A DNA stretch of 64,000 bases, taken from the NCBI GenBank assembly GCA_045837725.1, contig JBEWZL010000127.1, forward strand, positions 1-64,000. Direction: 5' to 3'. The position numbers and the translations under genes are program-made. Position 1 is the stretch's first letter. Each line of letters begins with the position of its first letter. Below the pieces are notes generated by a model that worked only from the letters and a program-made list of their open reading frames with translations, was not told where the DNA came from and did no database searches. The stretch is from Vermamoeba vermiformis. Its lineage: Eukaryota. Shown piece after piece: positions 13,767 through 26,143 of the stretch.

Positions 13767-16700
13767 CTAATTGAGAGTGCCGCGACACTTGGCGCTGGAG
13801 CACGAGCACGGAATCTTGTACTCTTCGGGCTCAATCGGGAACTTGTAGTCGTAGGTGATCTCTTCGCCGACTGCAATGTCGCGCTTGGAGTAGATGACAA
13901 TCTTCTTCTGCTGCTCCACGCTGATGATCTGCGCATAACAGTTGGGCTGAGTGGAAGAGGTTAGTGAACTGCTATTGTCACACACATATATATGCCAGTA
14001 CGTACATCGCAGCAATGATTGATGAATCGCGCGAGATTGCCCTTCATGGTGGCATCAATGATCCAATTGTCGTCGATGCGGAACATGTAGCTCGAGCCAA
14101 TGCCAATCGCTTCGTAACGCTTCTCACGCTCATCAGCGACCTTCTGCCGAATGATCTCGCCAATGTACTCGATCACCATGTCGTCCGCTTGAATGGGCTC
14201 CAGTGCAAACAGACCCCAGTCGTGAATGCCGCTCTTGTCGAAGGTGAGCAGCTTCTTGCGCGTCTTGAGCAGATTGAACTTCATCAACTCGCTCGTGTCT
14301 TTGCTGCCACCCATCATGGCCTGCTGTCCCAGTGACGACAGCAAGTGGCGGTGATTGATGCGCGTGTCGCGGCCAGTCGAGACTGCGCGTTGACCGAGGA
14401 TCTCTTTGTCGTCGTCGAGCACGCGTGATCGTCGTTCAGGAATGTAGCGCACTTTCTCCGCACGACTCTGCTTGTAGTAGCCTTCAGTGCGCGCACTGCC
14501 CGTCACGTGGGGGCTGATCACTGGCACGGGTTCGGGCACGTGACTTGGTTCCGTGACAGGTGCCACCACTAGCTCGACCTCCGTGTCATGCACGTGCTCA
14601 ATCACGTGCTCCTCAGTGTGACGTGTCAACATCATCGCCGCGAGTCGATCACGTGCCACTTGCGCGTAGTACTCGTCCTCGTTCTCCAGCACCGGATCGA
14701 TCTCCGTCGCTTGAAGTTTCTTTAATTGGTGACGGTGTCGCTCCTCTGCTGGCACTGTTGTCGCACTCGTCGTCGGATATTTGCGCGGTCGTCCTCGGCC
14801 TCGCTTGGTGGTCTCCTCGTCACGTGATTTGACCACATCTGTCACGTGCTCGTGTGTCACGTGGTACTCGTCGTGCTGGCGTCGTTTGCGTTCTTTTTTG
14901 GTTCGTTTGCGCGGGCGATCTATTAATAGATCATCGTCCTCCAGCAAGTCCGAGGACTCCTCTGACATCACGTGACTTGAAATTTCATCGTCGTAGCTGT
15001 CGCGCTTGCGTTTCTTGCTCGGCGAACTGCTCGCTGACACGACTGGCTCGGGCTCGGCTTTGACAGGCTCGGAAATTTCCATTTTTGTCGGCGACTGTTT
15101 TGGCTTCTTGTTCAGCCTGGGCACGCCCGAGAGTGTGATGGGTCTATTTTTAGCAGCAATCTCGACCACGTTCTGCACCTGTTTCTCCTGCTTGATCACC
15201 TCCATCGCCTCGCGCTTGACGAGATCTTCTTCCGCATTCTAAAAATAGCACCGTTAGTGGAGTACGCAACAGGCAGTTCTATATTTAGACTCACGCGCTT
15301 GGAGAGGTGGCTCTTGATGAATGCCTCCACAAAGTGTCCCACGGTGTTCTCGATCACCATGCGGTGCACTTGTTGCCACGTGCTCGTTTTGAGATCTCGC
15401 AGCAGGAGATTCAGCACTTGACGCTCATCGAGTTCCGCGCTATTTTTAGATTCAATCTTTGCAGAGCTATCGTTGTGGCCATTGGCACTCGTGTCCTCAT
15501 CGCGCGGTCTATATTTAGACTTGTGCTCGGCGCTGTGCGGAGGTCGTCTTTCCTTTTCTGGAATTAACTTGTAGCAGCGCGACACTTTGTAGCCGTGGTT
15601 CATGAACGCCATGGCTTGATCACGTGCCTCGGAGGTCAGAAACGCAATGTACCACGCGTGCTGTTCTAAAAATAGAACCACTGGCTCGAACGGTTCGATT
15701 AATTTGAACACATCACGTGCTTGGTATTCGTCCAAATTAGGCAATATCAGCGCTGGTACGGGACTCGTCAAGGTCGGCAACAGTGTTTGCAGTTGTTCGC
15801 GCGACCGATAATGACGGGGTGGCAGAGGTCTGCGGGGAGGTGCGGAATAACTCGGATAATGGGGTGGTGGCACGTGATAGGGTACTGGGGGCGGACGTGG
15901 CACGTGACTGTGTGCTTTGACCACGTGATCGTCATCGATCTCCATGTCATCGTCGTCGTGTCCTCCGCTCATCTCGCTGGGTGCGGAGATACTCGGGGGT
16001 GGTGGCACGGGCACGTGATTGTACGGCATGTCCCAGCCATAATTGGGCACTACCATATTAGGCAATGGCGCTGGAGGTGGGTACGACTGCATGACATCGA
16101 GGGCCCATGGTGGCACTGTGAGATTGCCACGTGATTGCGCATTGACAGGTGTCACAGTGCCACCCTTGCGCGGATCGAGCACGTGATCGCTGGCATTGGT
16201 CCAGGTGCCATCGCCGAGACTGAGCAGCGAGGATGCCACCATGACGCCGTTCACTTGATAACTCCGCGCGCCAATCAGTTCGTTGCGCTGTTGGTACCAC
16301 CGCACGTGCCAGTTGCCACCTTGCAGCGGCGTGAACAGCTCGTCGTCTGCAATGAGCACTGCGCGGGGATGGATCTTTGCAGCCCAATCATCCAGGGCAG
16401 GGAACTCGCTGCGCGTCAGTGATTGGCTGACAGGTCGCGGTGGAGGTGTCGGAGTGACACTTTGACTTTTTTGGACTGCCACTGGTTCGGGCACGTGACT
16501 CGGCACTGCCTCGCGCGGTCTGATTGGCACTGGTTCATGAACGCGCTGCCTGTCACGTGATCGACTGCGACTGCGGCGCGGACTGCGATGAGAATTGCCA
16601 TATTTGGGCATGTACTCGGTGCGATACCGCTCACGTGATCGACTGCGGTCGTTTGAACGACGTCCAGACCTGTCACGTGATCGACTGCGCCGTGGTCTAT

Positions 16701-17137
16701 AATTAGCGCTGTAATTGGCTCCGTGGTGGCGCGGTCGATCGCGCTGTTCGTAGTACCGCTCGGGGGGTCTGTCGTAGTGTCTGTAGATACATTAATATTC
16801 TGCTTCATCATTGCATGTACTGCAGTGATAAAGTGATGTTCAACTGACCTGCGCGCGTAGTGATCGTGATCTGGTCGACGATTGTAAGAAGAAGAATAAT
16901 TTGGTCTTCGTTGAGTATCTTCGGGTTGATCTACAATACGAGGTAATTAATATAGTAAAGAATTAATTATTAATGAGGAAAGTGAATTAATTTTCATTTT
17001 CAAATTGGCGCGATCTGTCGAAAGTACTAGAATTCAGAGTTAATCATTCTAATACACATGTATCATAAATACATGACATAATTTAGTAATAGCTAATTAC
17101 CAACAATAGCTCCCTCTTCTTCGGCTGAATCTGCCAT
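13767..17137 (-). CDS. SET1: Set1/KMT2 histone H3K4 methyltransferase (multi-exon)
   Basis: WIN motif [38 protein letters not shown] and post-[16 protein letters not shown]. First exon [12 protein letters not shown] at 17137-17101. Confidence 0.95.
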
Positions 17138-18166
17138 GTCTAGATCCGATCCACCAACAATCAATAATTATACAGGACAATTTTGTGGTGTTGATCCTGG
17201 GGTTTGTGAATAAGAATAACAACTTTGCCGCTGCCATCGTCGCGGAAATTTCTGTGTTGGCCGAGAATTCTAAAATTTTTCGGATTAGATCGTGAACGAA
17301 AGCAGACTGATCAGGAAACAAGATGTCACCGAACAAACCTGGCCTAACGGGCAGAGTAATAGTGCATATGAAGACAAAATAAGGAGATGAACAGCCGGTT
17401 ATCGTCAATTGAACCTGCACGTCTAAGGGGACAGCCAGGCCAAGTGGCTGGCCAAGCCTTTGCTGCACTCATCATAGGGCAAGGTTGTGTTGCCCTTTCT
17501 CTAGTAGTTGCTGTGTTGGGCCTTGATAACCTTGATTTGGTGGGCCTACATCCCTCTTGAGCACCGAGACTACATTTCCAAGTTGCTGGTAAATGATTTT
17601 GGGTAAACTACAAGACCTACTGCACCACCACCAAGGTTAATAGTGTTCGGTGAGAAAAGAAAGAGAGGCAACAGCCAAGTAAAGCTCAACATCCCTGTGC
17701 AACCAATGTTCAGAAGCCCTGCTAGAGCCAGGAGAACTTGACTACAATCTCCTCCAGGTGAATTTCTATACCTGTGCAGAAGGGAGGTTGTCCTGCACAT
17801 GGTGAGCAAGGTGTCCGTCCATGGTCAGGGTGTCTGTCCATGGACAGGGTGTCCACCGTGTATGGGGCATCCACCGACCTTAGTAATTCACCAATTCAAA
17901 TGCACCTTGCTTCAGTGTGTAGAACATGAATATAATATGGGTGGTTTTTGCTTTCTGGTGGCTGAGGAGTGCTGTAGAACGGAGAGTAGGAGGGGATGAA
18001 GTTGCCATACATTGGTGATTTCAGCAAACCCCATTTAAGTACTAGCACAGAGATTAACCACCCGTACAAAGATTGATTATGAATTTTCTGGCCATTTTGT
18101 TGCTTACATATGAAGAACTCCAATTGAATTTAGTTGCAAAAAAAGTGTTACTTTTAAGGAACCAAC

Positions 18167-18391
18167 CCGGGGGACGGCGGGGCCGAATTGGCCAGGGTGG
18201 CCAGTTTGGTCAGCCACCCAGATTTTTTCTAAGTCCAATAAATAAAAATCCATGGGGGGACGGCCGGGCCGAATGGTGCAGTAATAGTATACTAATGCCT
18301 CATATGTACAGACGCACCAGTTGGTGCCTTGTACCATACCTACATACCTGGCCGGCCACACTGGCCAACTTGGCCTGGCCGACCTCCCATG
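18167..18391. repeat. Nested GGCC-rich direct and inverted repeat
   Basis: GGGGGACGGC(C/G)GGGCCGAAT at 18169 and 18255, with an inverted degenerate copy at about 18353-18391. Confidence 0.6.
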
Positions 18392-18624
18392 CATCAATAG
18401 TTCTGTATAGAACTTGGTGTATTTTCAATTCATTACAGATTTTGTAGTGCTGAAAGGGTGTGCATCTCAACTTTTTTGTATCGGGTTTGATTTGAGTGCA
18501 CGCATAGATTTGAAAGCTGCTTCATAGTTATTGAAAATGTAAACATTTGGAGCCAAGTGCAGAAGTAAGTTCTGTGATAAGTCTACTTTTTCCAGCTCCT
18601 TTAGAAGTTGTCCAAGACTATTGG

Positions 18625-18716
18625 ATACACTGGTTATAGCAGAAACATATCAATAATACAAAATCTATACACCGGTTATAGCAGAAACATATCAATAATT
18701 CAAAATCTATACACTG
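18625..18716. repeat. 42-bp tandem duplication
   Basis: ATACAC(T/C)GGTTATAGCAGAAACATATCAATAAT(A/T)CAAAATCT twice (units start 18625 and 18667), plus a partial unit at 18709. Confidence 0.9.
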
Positions 18717-19026
18717 TCAAGAAAACCTAAGGTCAGCGGACGCCCCGTCCACGGTGGACACCCTGCCCATGGTGGACATCCAGCTCACATATGCTAGCTC
18801 CAAGAGCTTGCTGGCCAAAGAAAAAACATAAATCTACTTAGAACTAGTCATTTTTATGTGCATCACCCAGGCTCTGGTGTTAGCAGCAAAAAGAAAAAAA
18901 TAAAGAATGGAACTTATCTCTGGTGCTGGGTTCTTTAAATATAGCCTCCATAACTTGCCCAATGCAGCATAATGCACAGCAGACCTTGCATCCAGATGCT
19001 AATGGACCCCTAGATCTGCCTCCATG

Positions 19027-19270
19027 GGATGGCCAATCCTGTGTGGATGACTAGACAGCCAGGGTGAGATGCCAGCCCGGCTAAGTTATCCAGCCTGGAC
19101 AGTAATAACTCGGCGAATCGTAATACTATGTTCTTAATTGCATGAATCTTTGTTACTCAAATTGAATGCATTAGGTCACCCAAAGCAAAAGAAGTTCGTT
19201 GCAAACCCTCCATATACTTTTCTGCTGGCTGGACATCTCAGCCATGTCATCCACACTGGATTGGCCATCC
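19027..19270. mobile_element. 244-bp MITE-like element with 25-bp terminal inverted repeats
   Basis: GGATGGCCAATCCTGTGTGGATGAC (19027-19051) matches the reverse complement of 19246-19270 with one mismatch. Subterminal inverted repeat at 19065-19077 / 19227-19240. Confidence 0.65.
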
Positions 19271-19378
19271 TCCAACACTACTGGCCATTCTGTTCATATT
19301 GAGCAGAACAACCCCAGAAGCTTCCATAATTACTTAATTTGAACAAAGCAGTTATTTACATCCATCTATTTACAGCAT

Positions 19379-21060
19379 TTACAACGTTTTGTGCTGGAAT
19401 TTGAGCGAAACAAACCAAGCAAAGAGCGTGAACAACGCGCTGGGAATGAATATGAAGTCAAACCAGCGGTGATAGAAGTTGAAGTGAATGTTGCTCAACA
19501 GCTCCGTGATGATGGTGCGGTACTGCAGCGGCAGTGACATGCGCATCAAGAGCACGGAGGACACAAAGTACATGCCCTGCACGTGACTCATCATCAGTGC
19601 AATCCACACCGCGCTGTCGTGCGAGGAGTACTCGTTGAAGATCTTCATCAGCTGCTTCAAGAAGCCGCGGATCGAGGTGGCAATCATAATGCCGATCATG
19701 CAGAACGAGATGGACTGCGACCAGAACTGCACGTCAATGTTGATGTGCAACAGACCGAGGGCAATGCGCAGTCCGAGCGTGACTGGATCGTGCTTGATGA
19801 TCCGATCGAACACAATGTTGATCGTTGCCTAAATGCGGTAAGTGCGCTGTCGCTGAACGTTGTAGTGGCCCTTACCATAAATAGCTTGTACAGACAGTAG
19901 CCCGAGAAGAAATAGCCCAAAAAGTTGTAAAACTTGCCTAATATGGTGCGACTGAATTTGATGCGATCTTGTTCCATCTTCAACTCGCTCATTTCTAAAA
20001 ATAGCTCGCGATTGAACTCTTCGAGCGATGAAATTTCGTGTTTGAGCGAGGTCTCAGTGATCACGTGCTCGTGCTGCGCGGTCGAGGGCTGCATCCACTG
20101 CTTGAGCGCGCCGAGGCCCCAGCCCTGCAGAGGAGTATTAGTATATATTGATTATACTTCTATTCGACATTCATATGGCGCCAGTACATCACATATGCCA
20201 GTCACTCCATGACTACTACGACTGGATCCAACACCTACCGCGCTGTTCACGATCTGGTCCTCGCGGTCAGTGACTTGACTCGCTCGTCCTGCGCGCAACA
20301 ACAACAACTTGCGCTTCTTGAGCAGTATCTTATCTGCACCTTGTTGTATTTGGCGCTCTAGTGTCGCAACATCTTGGTCTGAGATCTTGCGCAAGAAGTA
20401 CGAGATGTAGAGGAACGGAAAGTTGACGGCACCGTAGCCAGACAAGAAGGCCATGACAGTGACGCCTATGATGCCTATTCTGCTGATGAATACGTTGATG
20501 ATGCGCGTGTCCCAGCTGAGCGGCGTGCTGGGCTGCATCTCGCCCTCGAGTTGTACGGGCAAGGGCTCGCCAATGCGCCACATCAAGTACATGAAGCCGA
20601 GCTGCAACACTGCGCATAGTGTGCCCAATCGGCGCACATTGGTGATCTTCAAGTAGTTCTTGAGTACCATGTAGATCTCGTAGCAGGGTAAGATGCCGAC
20701 CAGCAACACCACGGCGCACAAGAAATCTATCTTCCACATCACCCATCGCGTGCTGCAATAGCAAGGTGTTAGTTGAAAGTACTATATGGAGTTGATGGCA
20801 GTAAATATTGAAAATAAATTAACAATTAATTCAAATAAATTCGTGCAGCCTTACTCGCGGTTCAATACATCGACAATTTCAAAGATGATGAGTTCAAACA
20901 TCGAGCAAGACACCATAAATGTCGCTGAGAATAAGAGCTGTGGTTTCTTCGAGGAGATGTCATAATCGCGCAAGAGCAGTCGCTGAAAGAAATAATTTCC
21001 AAATAAGAAGAACCCTGCGGAGGTGATGCCGAGCAAGAGCAGATCTGAGAGCAGTGTCAT
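19379..21060 (-). CDS. GPR89: Golgi pH regulator / GPCR-type G protein (GPR89/GTG family)
   Basis: FSATFMVSCSMFELIIFEI, SRIGIIGVTVMAFLSGYGAVNFP, GMYFVSSVLLMRMSLPLQYR and FYHRWFDFIF. Confidence 0.95.
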
Positions 21061-21203
21061 AATTAGTGCTGTGTTGGTCTTGTGTGCATGGTGACGTCAG
21101 ACTAACATTCTGGGAGAGTTTTTCTGGGCAGTGCAAAATAAGAGTTACCAAATTAGGAAATATCAGTTATTTACAAGCAGGGGATTACAACGACTATAGT
21201 ACA

Positions 21204-22444
21204 TTACAGCGCAGCTTCGCAGTGCGGACAGAGCAAAGCCAAGCTCAGATCTGCTCGCGCCTGTTTGTACTTGGTGAGGCACGGTTCATGAACGAGACAG
21301 TCACGTGACTGCGCGTGACACTCGCGGAGGTGATCTGCAGGGTCCGCAGCAGACTCGTAGCATATGACACTAAACAGAGGTGAGTTACAGGTGCGCACTA
21401 CAATCACGTGATCACTGACCAATGCGGGCCCTGCTCCGAGCTCGAGTGTGGCGCGTAGATCTTGGTGAGCTCGCTGGTCTGCAAATAACACAGGTCAGTA
21501 CGCACGCGACACAAAGGGGGCTGACAGCACGCACCAGCAAGGAGCGCTGATAGAGCACGGGATCGTTGGCCAGCACGCGCAGCACTTTGAGCAGCACGAA
21601 CAGCAAGTGCGTGCAGTGGATGCCACGCGATGCATTCGCGCAATTGCACGTCGGAATGTGTCCGATCTTCACCGTGTACACCGTGCCCTGGGCGAGCACG
21701 TGATAGGTGTGATCGAGTGCGCTCTCAGTCACGTGGTGCACGAGGCAGTGGCGCTGCTGTCGCGCGAGGTCAATGCGCTCCAAGAGTGCCTTGCTCGGAG
21801 CACTCCGATAGCGCGAGAGACGCTTCTCGACACCTGGCACGTGACTCGACTCACTCGAGACCTGCACTGGGACTGGCGCACTCGCAGTGACACTTGCACT
21901 CTGCGGTGTGACACGCGGTCGTTTGACACGTTGCGCGTCAGAAGTCACGTGCCGCGCCCAGTCCTCGTCGTCGTCCTCGTCCTCGGAAGAATCACGTGCG
22001 CGCTTCACACCACTCACGGACTCACTCGCGCGGGTGTGTTGCTTCAGCCACGTGACAAAGTGTGCCACTGTCAGAGGTCGCTCGTTGACACCTGTCTCGA
22101 TCACGTGACGCGTCCACTGCGCGAGATATTTGATGACGAGTGCGGTCTTGTTCTGATCACTCGTGTCGAGCTCAGCAGTGTCAGTGAGCTCAATGTGATG
22201 GTCTTCGAGCACTTGCATGAGCTGTTGCATCTCTCCCAAAAACAACTCGCGATCTGCAGCATGAACGGGGAATTAAAATTGAATTTGAGACTTTTCGACA
22301 AATACGAATATTATACTACGAGTCCTCTAATTGATAGTATAAAATAATGGCGATATTTTAAAATTATTTGCAGCACGTACCAGCAGGGGACATGGTGCGC
22401 AGTGCTGGATCTGACAACACCGTCGCGACTTGTGCAAAGTCCAT
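21204..22444 (-). CDS. SWIM zinc-finger plus C-terminal RING-variant protein (ZSWIM2/MEKK1-like module)
   Basis: YTVKIGHIPTCNCANASRGIHCTHLLFVLLKVLRV..LYQRSLL, and a last exon with ICYE..C..C..HEPC..CPHC. Confidence 0.75.
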
Positions 22445-22672
22445 GGTTAGTTGAATCGAGACTCGTATTGGTTGTGATCGATTAATCTGTGGTGCAATGT
22501 CGTCAACAGCGACACATTACTCGTTACTCCTTCTCTGCGCAGTTCTCTAGTTCTTGACCGAGCACGTGACAGCGTCAGATCTGCAAATTGGTTTTTTGTG
22601 TGAGCTCAAGGTTCATTCTCACTTTGAAATTCTAACACAACACCACCGCGCTATTAATTATACGCGTAAAAC

Positions 22673-24033
22673 ATGCTGCAGCGTGTTGTTGTAAGTGCGC
22701 TACGGCGACAAAACAGATGGGGCTCTCTAGCGCGAGAAAATCGACAAAATACAACCGCACTGCTTGCGAATATTCACATAAATAATAACAAAAATTGTCC
22801 CAATGCTGGCAGCATTAAATTATATGCCACAAGTAAGCAGATCGTAACCGTTCGGGCGTACCAGCGCTGAACTCATCAATTAATTCCAGGAAAGAAAAAA
22901 TCAACACCCGACATTAACGCAGCTGCGTCGTCAAGTTTAGACAAGTTGATCAAGCAGATCGAAGCACAGTACGGCGAAGGTACCTCATTCAGATCTCGCA
23001 TTGCGCACTGAACTGATTTGTTCCTCGCGCAGGCTCGCTGATCAAGATGGATTCAGCAGCAGGGTCCTATGACCCCACGCGCTCAGGTCCGCCAGTCAGC
23101 ACAGGGTCCTTGGCGGTGGATCACGCACTCGGCATCGGAGGACTGCCGCGCGGTCGCGTGGTGGAGATCTTTGGACCCGAATCGAGTGGCAAGACCTCGC
23201 TCGCACTCTCTACCCTCGCACAGGCCCAGAAAGCGGGTCTGAACTGCACCTTCATTGACGCCGAACACGCGCTCGATCCAAAGTGGGCGCAGACCTTGGG
23301 CGTGCAGCTCGACAAGCTACTCGTGTGTCAGCCAGACAGCGGTGAACAGGCACTGAACATTGCCGACAGTCTGATTCAGAGCGGTGAGATGCACGTGATC
23401 GTGATCGACAGTGTGGCAGCCCTGGTGCCGAAGAATGAATTGGAGGGTGAGATGGGCCAGACAGTGGTGGGCGGACAGGCGCGCATGATGAGTCAAGCAC
23501 TGCGCAAGCTCACTGCCGCACTCAACAAGTCCAGCACGCTGCTCATCTTCATCAATCAGATACGCATGAAGATTGGCGTCATGTTCGGCAATCCCGAGAC
23601 GACGAGTGGAGGGCAGGCACTCAAGTTCTACGCCTCGGTGCGACTGGATGTGCGACGTACGGGCACGGTGAAGAAGAGCAACGACGAGGCCATGGGCAGT
23701 CAGGTCAAGGTCAAGGTCGTCAAGAACAAGGTCGCTGCGCCCTTCAGAGTGGCTGAGCTCGAGATTGACTTCAAGAGCGGCATCAGCAAGAGCGGTGAAC
23801 TCGTGGATCTCGGCCTCAAAACTGGTGTATTGACGCGCCACGGTGCTTGGTATCACATCGCTAAGACGGATGAGAAGCTGGGCCAGGGACGCGACAAGGC
23901 AAAGAAACATCTCGAAGACCATCCAGAGCTCGCGGATCAGGTGTACGAAGAGATCAGAGCGGCACTGATGAGCGAGCCCTTGCCTATTGAAGAGGGCGAG
24001 GAGGTCTTGGAAGAGGAGAGTGAGACTCCTTAA
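22673..24033 (+). CDS. recA: Bacterial-type RecA, nucleus-encoded, probably mitochondrial
   Basis: [41 protein letters not shown] and [22 protein letters not shown]. Basic presequence and two 5' introns. Confidence 0.97.
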
Positions 24034-24236
24034 GTGTAGTGGCAGATGTGTTAAATAAAGGAGTCACTATACTCTTTACTCTACTCTATTACTCGCACAG
24101 TTCAATTTGTACGCGATAATTCACACTGAATGTGCATCCACTGATTCTGACTTATTTCTGATGTGCACTGCTCAGTCCATTGGTAGTACCACACTTTGCA
24201 ATATAAGCACCACATTGCACTCTAAGCACCATCAAC

Positions 24237-25993
24237 ATGAACGCCAAGCCTCAACTGCAGCGCATTCCTATTGCACATCCCACACGCCAGAGCGCAGAAC
24301 TGCTGACCTTGCCCGATGAACTGCTCGTGCTCGTAGTGCGCTACTGTGGCTTGCACGGCACTGCACTGCTCGTGACTACGTGCAAGGCTGCAACGCTGTT
24401 CGTGGACGAGCAGCTGAGAGCAGATCTGTTCCAGCGAGCATTAGCTGCGCGGTAATAATTCGCATAATTACTGGACACTATCCGTTATTAACGGCATGGC
24501 TCAGATCTGACGCGGAAAAAAAGAAACTGCTGTCTCGTCGCGTGGAAGAGCTGAAGCGAGTAAGACCGCACTAACAGCATCGTACTGTATAGTATATAAG
24601 TAGTGACCGCTATTAATGCACTCTTATTCACCCTGCAGCGCGCAGTGTGCTACAATGACCCCGCGCACCTTGATCAGTGCTACAACACGCCGCTCAATCA
24701 GACCAGTGCCACCGTTGAATTGCGTCCCGAAATAGGTTATTCCGCCATCAAATCTCGGCGCAATCTCCTGCAGCTGATCGAGGAGTACGACGCGGACAAG
24801 GTGTTGAGTGCCCTGGTAGAGCTCTGTGCGCCTGACGTCGTCGTGCACGCTCTGTTGCGCGAGTACAGCGAGGGATTGACACGTGTCAAATCGAGGTTCG
24901 TGTCATCGCGTGTCGGTCACGTGACACTGAACACACTGGCACGACACTCGCAGCTGATTGGCCAGTTGATCATTGGGCACGCCAATGTCGACGAGATCCT
25001 GGTACGTGTCACGTGCTCTGTGCGACACACTGATTGACATCTCGTTCACTGAACAGCCGCGCGTACAACCTGCGACATTGTTGACAGCGCTCGTGAACGA
25101 GAAGAAATTTCCCTTCAAACCACGTGATTGGCTCGAATTGTGTTGTCTGAAGGCGCAGGAGTCGCTGTTTGACACGTTGCTGTCACGCAATCCAGCCCTG
25201 GCACGTGACGCGCCATTTATAGCCCTGGTGCTGAATCAGCAGTGCGGCACTCGTCCGAGCAGTGCGGCGACAGCAATTCTGGAGAGTGCTGTCAAACACG
25301 GTGCAGATGTCAATCAGCGACTCCCAGAGAATATTCCGCTCCTCTTTCGCGTCAGTGGCACTGTGCACTCACCACTCGCTATTGCCCATTTTGGCTACAA
25401 AGGCAGCACGCGCATTGCCCTGGTGGAGTGGCTGCTCAAGCACGGCGCGAGATATTCCGCTGCAGAAGTGCAAAGCTTCAACGCCAACACCGCGCTGTCC
25501 GCTGAGACACGTGCCTTGCTGGCACTCAACCAGACCTACGTGCCACTGAACAAAAAAGGAGCGCTCAACCAGGGCAAGAAACAGCACAAATTTGGCAGTG
25601 CTGTCGCGACACTGCTGCTCGACACCAAGACCTTCAGTTATTCCGTCGGAGCTGAGAGCTACAAACACGAGCGCACCGAGTACAGTGGCACGTGGCAGTA
25701 CAACAAATCTGCCGCGCAGATCACTCTCAGTGCCACCGAACAGCGGAAATTCACGCCGCGCTCGAGCTTCAACCAGGGCAGCACGCACGTCAAGAGCTGC
25801 AGTTTGACATTCAAGTTTGGCCTCTACGCGTGAGTAGCAGTCACGTGCTCGGCCATGTGACACGCACTGACACTTTGACACGCACTGACACTTTGACAGG
25901 ACACACGACGAGCGAGTGATGCTGCTGTCTAGTGGCATCAACATGACGATGCTAAAATTAGAACAGCTGTACGAGCTGCTCTTGGCGGAATAA
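24237..25993 (+). CDS. F-box protein with ankyrin-like repeats (multi-exon)
   Basis: F-box LLTLPDELLVLVVRY; ankyrin-like VKHGADVNQ and LVEWLLKHGA. Confidence 0.6.
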
Positions 25994-26143
25994 ATAAGTA
26001 TGCAGCGCCATCGACCAGGGTTCATAGCCATAAATAGACACGAGTGACACGTGATTTATTGTCGCAGGGACCACCGCGCCTTTTTAATTTCACGAATCTG
26101 ATCGATCATATCCTGCAGAGCGGAGAATTAATCACTTGCCATT

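Larger units (their letters stand above)
17799..18790. mobile_element. Non-autonomous inverted-repeat (MITE-like/foldback) element, about 1 kb
   Basis: Left arm CCATGGACAGGGTGTCCACCGTGTATGGGGCATCCACCGACCTTAG (17838-17883) is the degenerate reverse complement of 18727-18772, with matching GTGAGC/GCTCAC outer ends. No transposase seen. Confidence 0.6.

Noticed and set aside
17570-18447. Short ORFs in the repeat island as a transposase
   Set aside because: No DDE, RT or other recognisable motifs; the ORFs are short and run through repeats.
18625-18716. Direct repeats as a CRISPR array
   Set aside because: Adjacent tandem copies with no spacers, no cas genes and a eukaryotic context.
22673-24033. 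RecA, FtsZ and YbeY as bacterial contamination or recent HGT
   Set aside because: All carry spliceosomal introns and host-like composition, and RecA and FtsZ have presequence-like N-termini.
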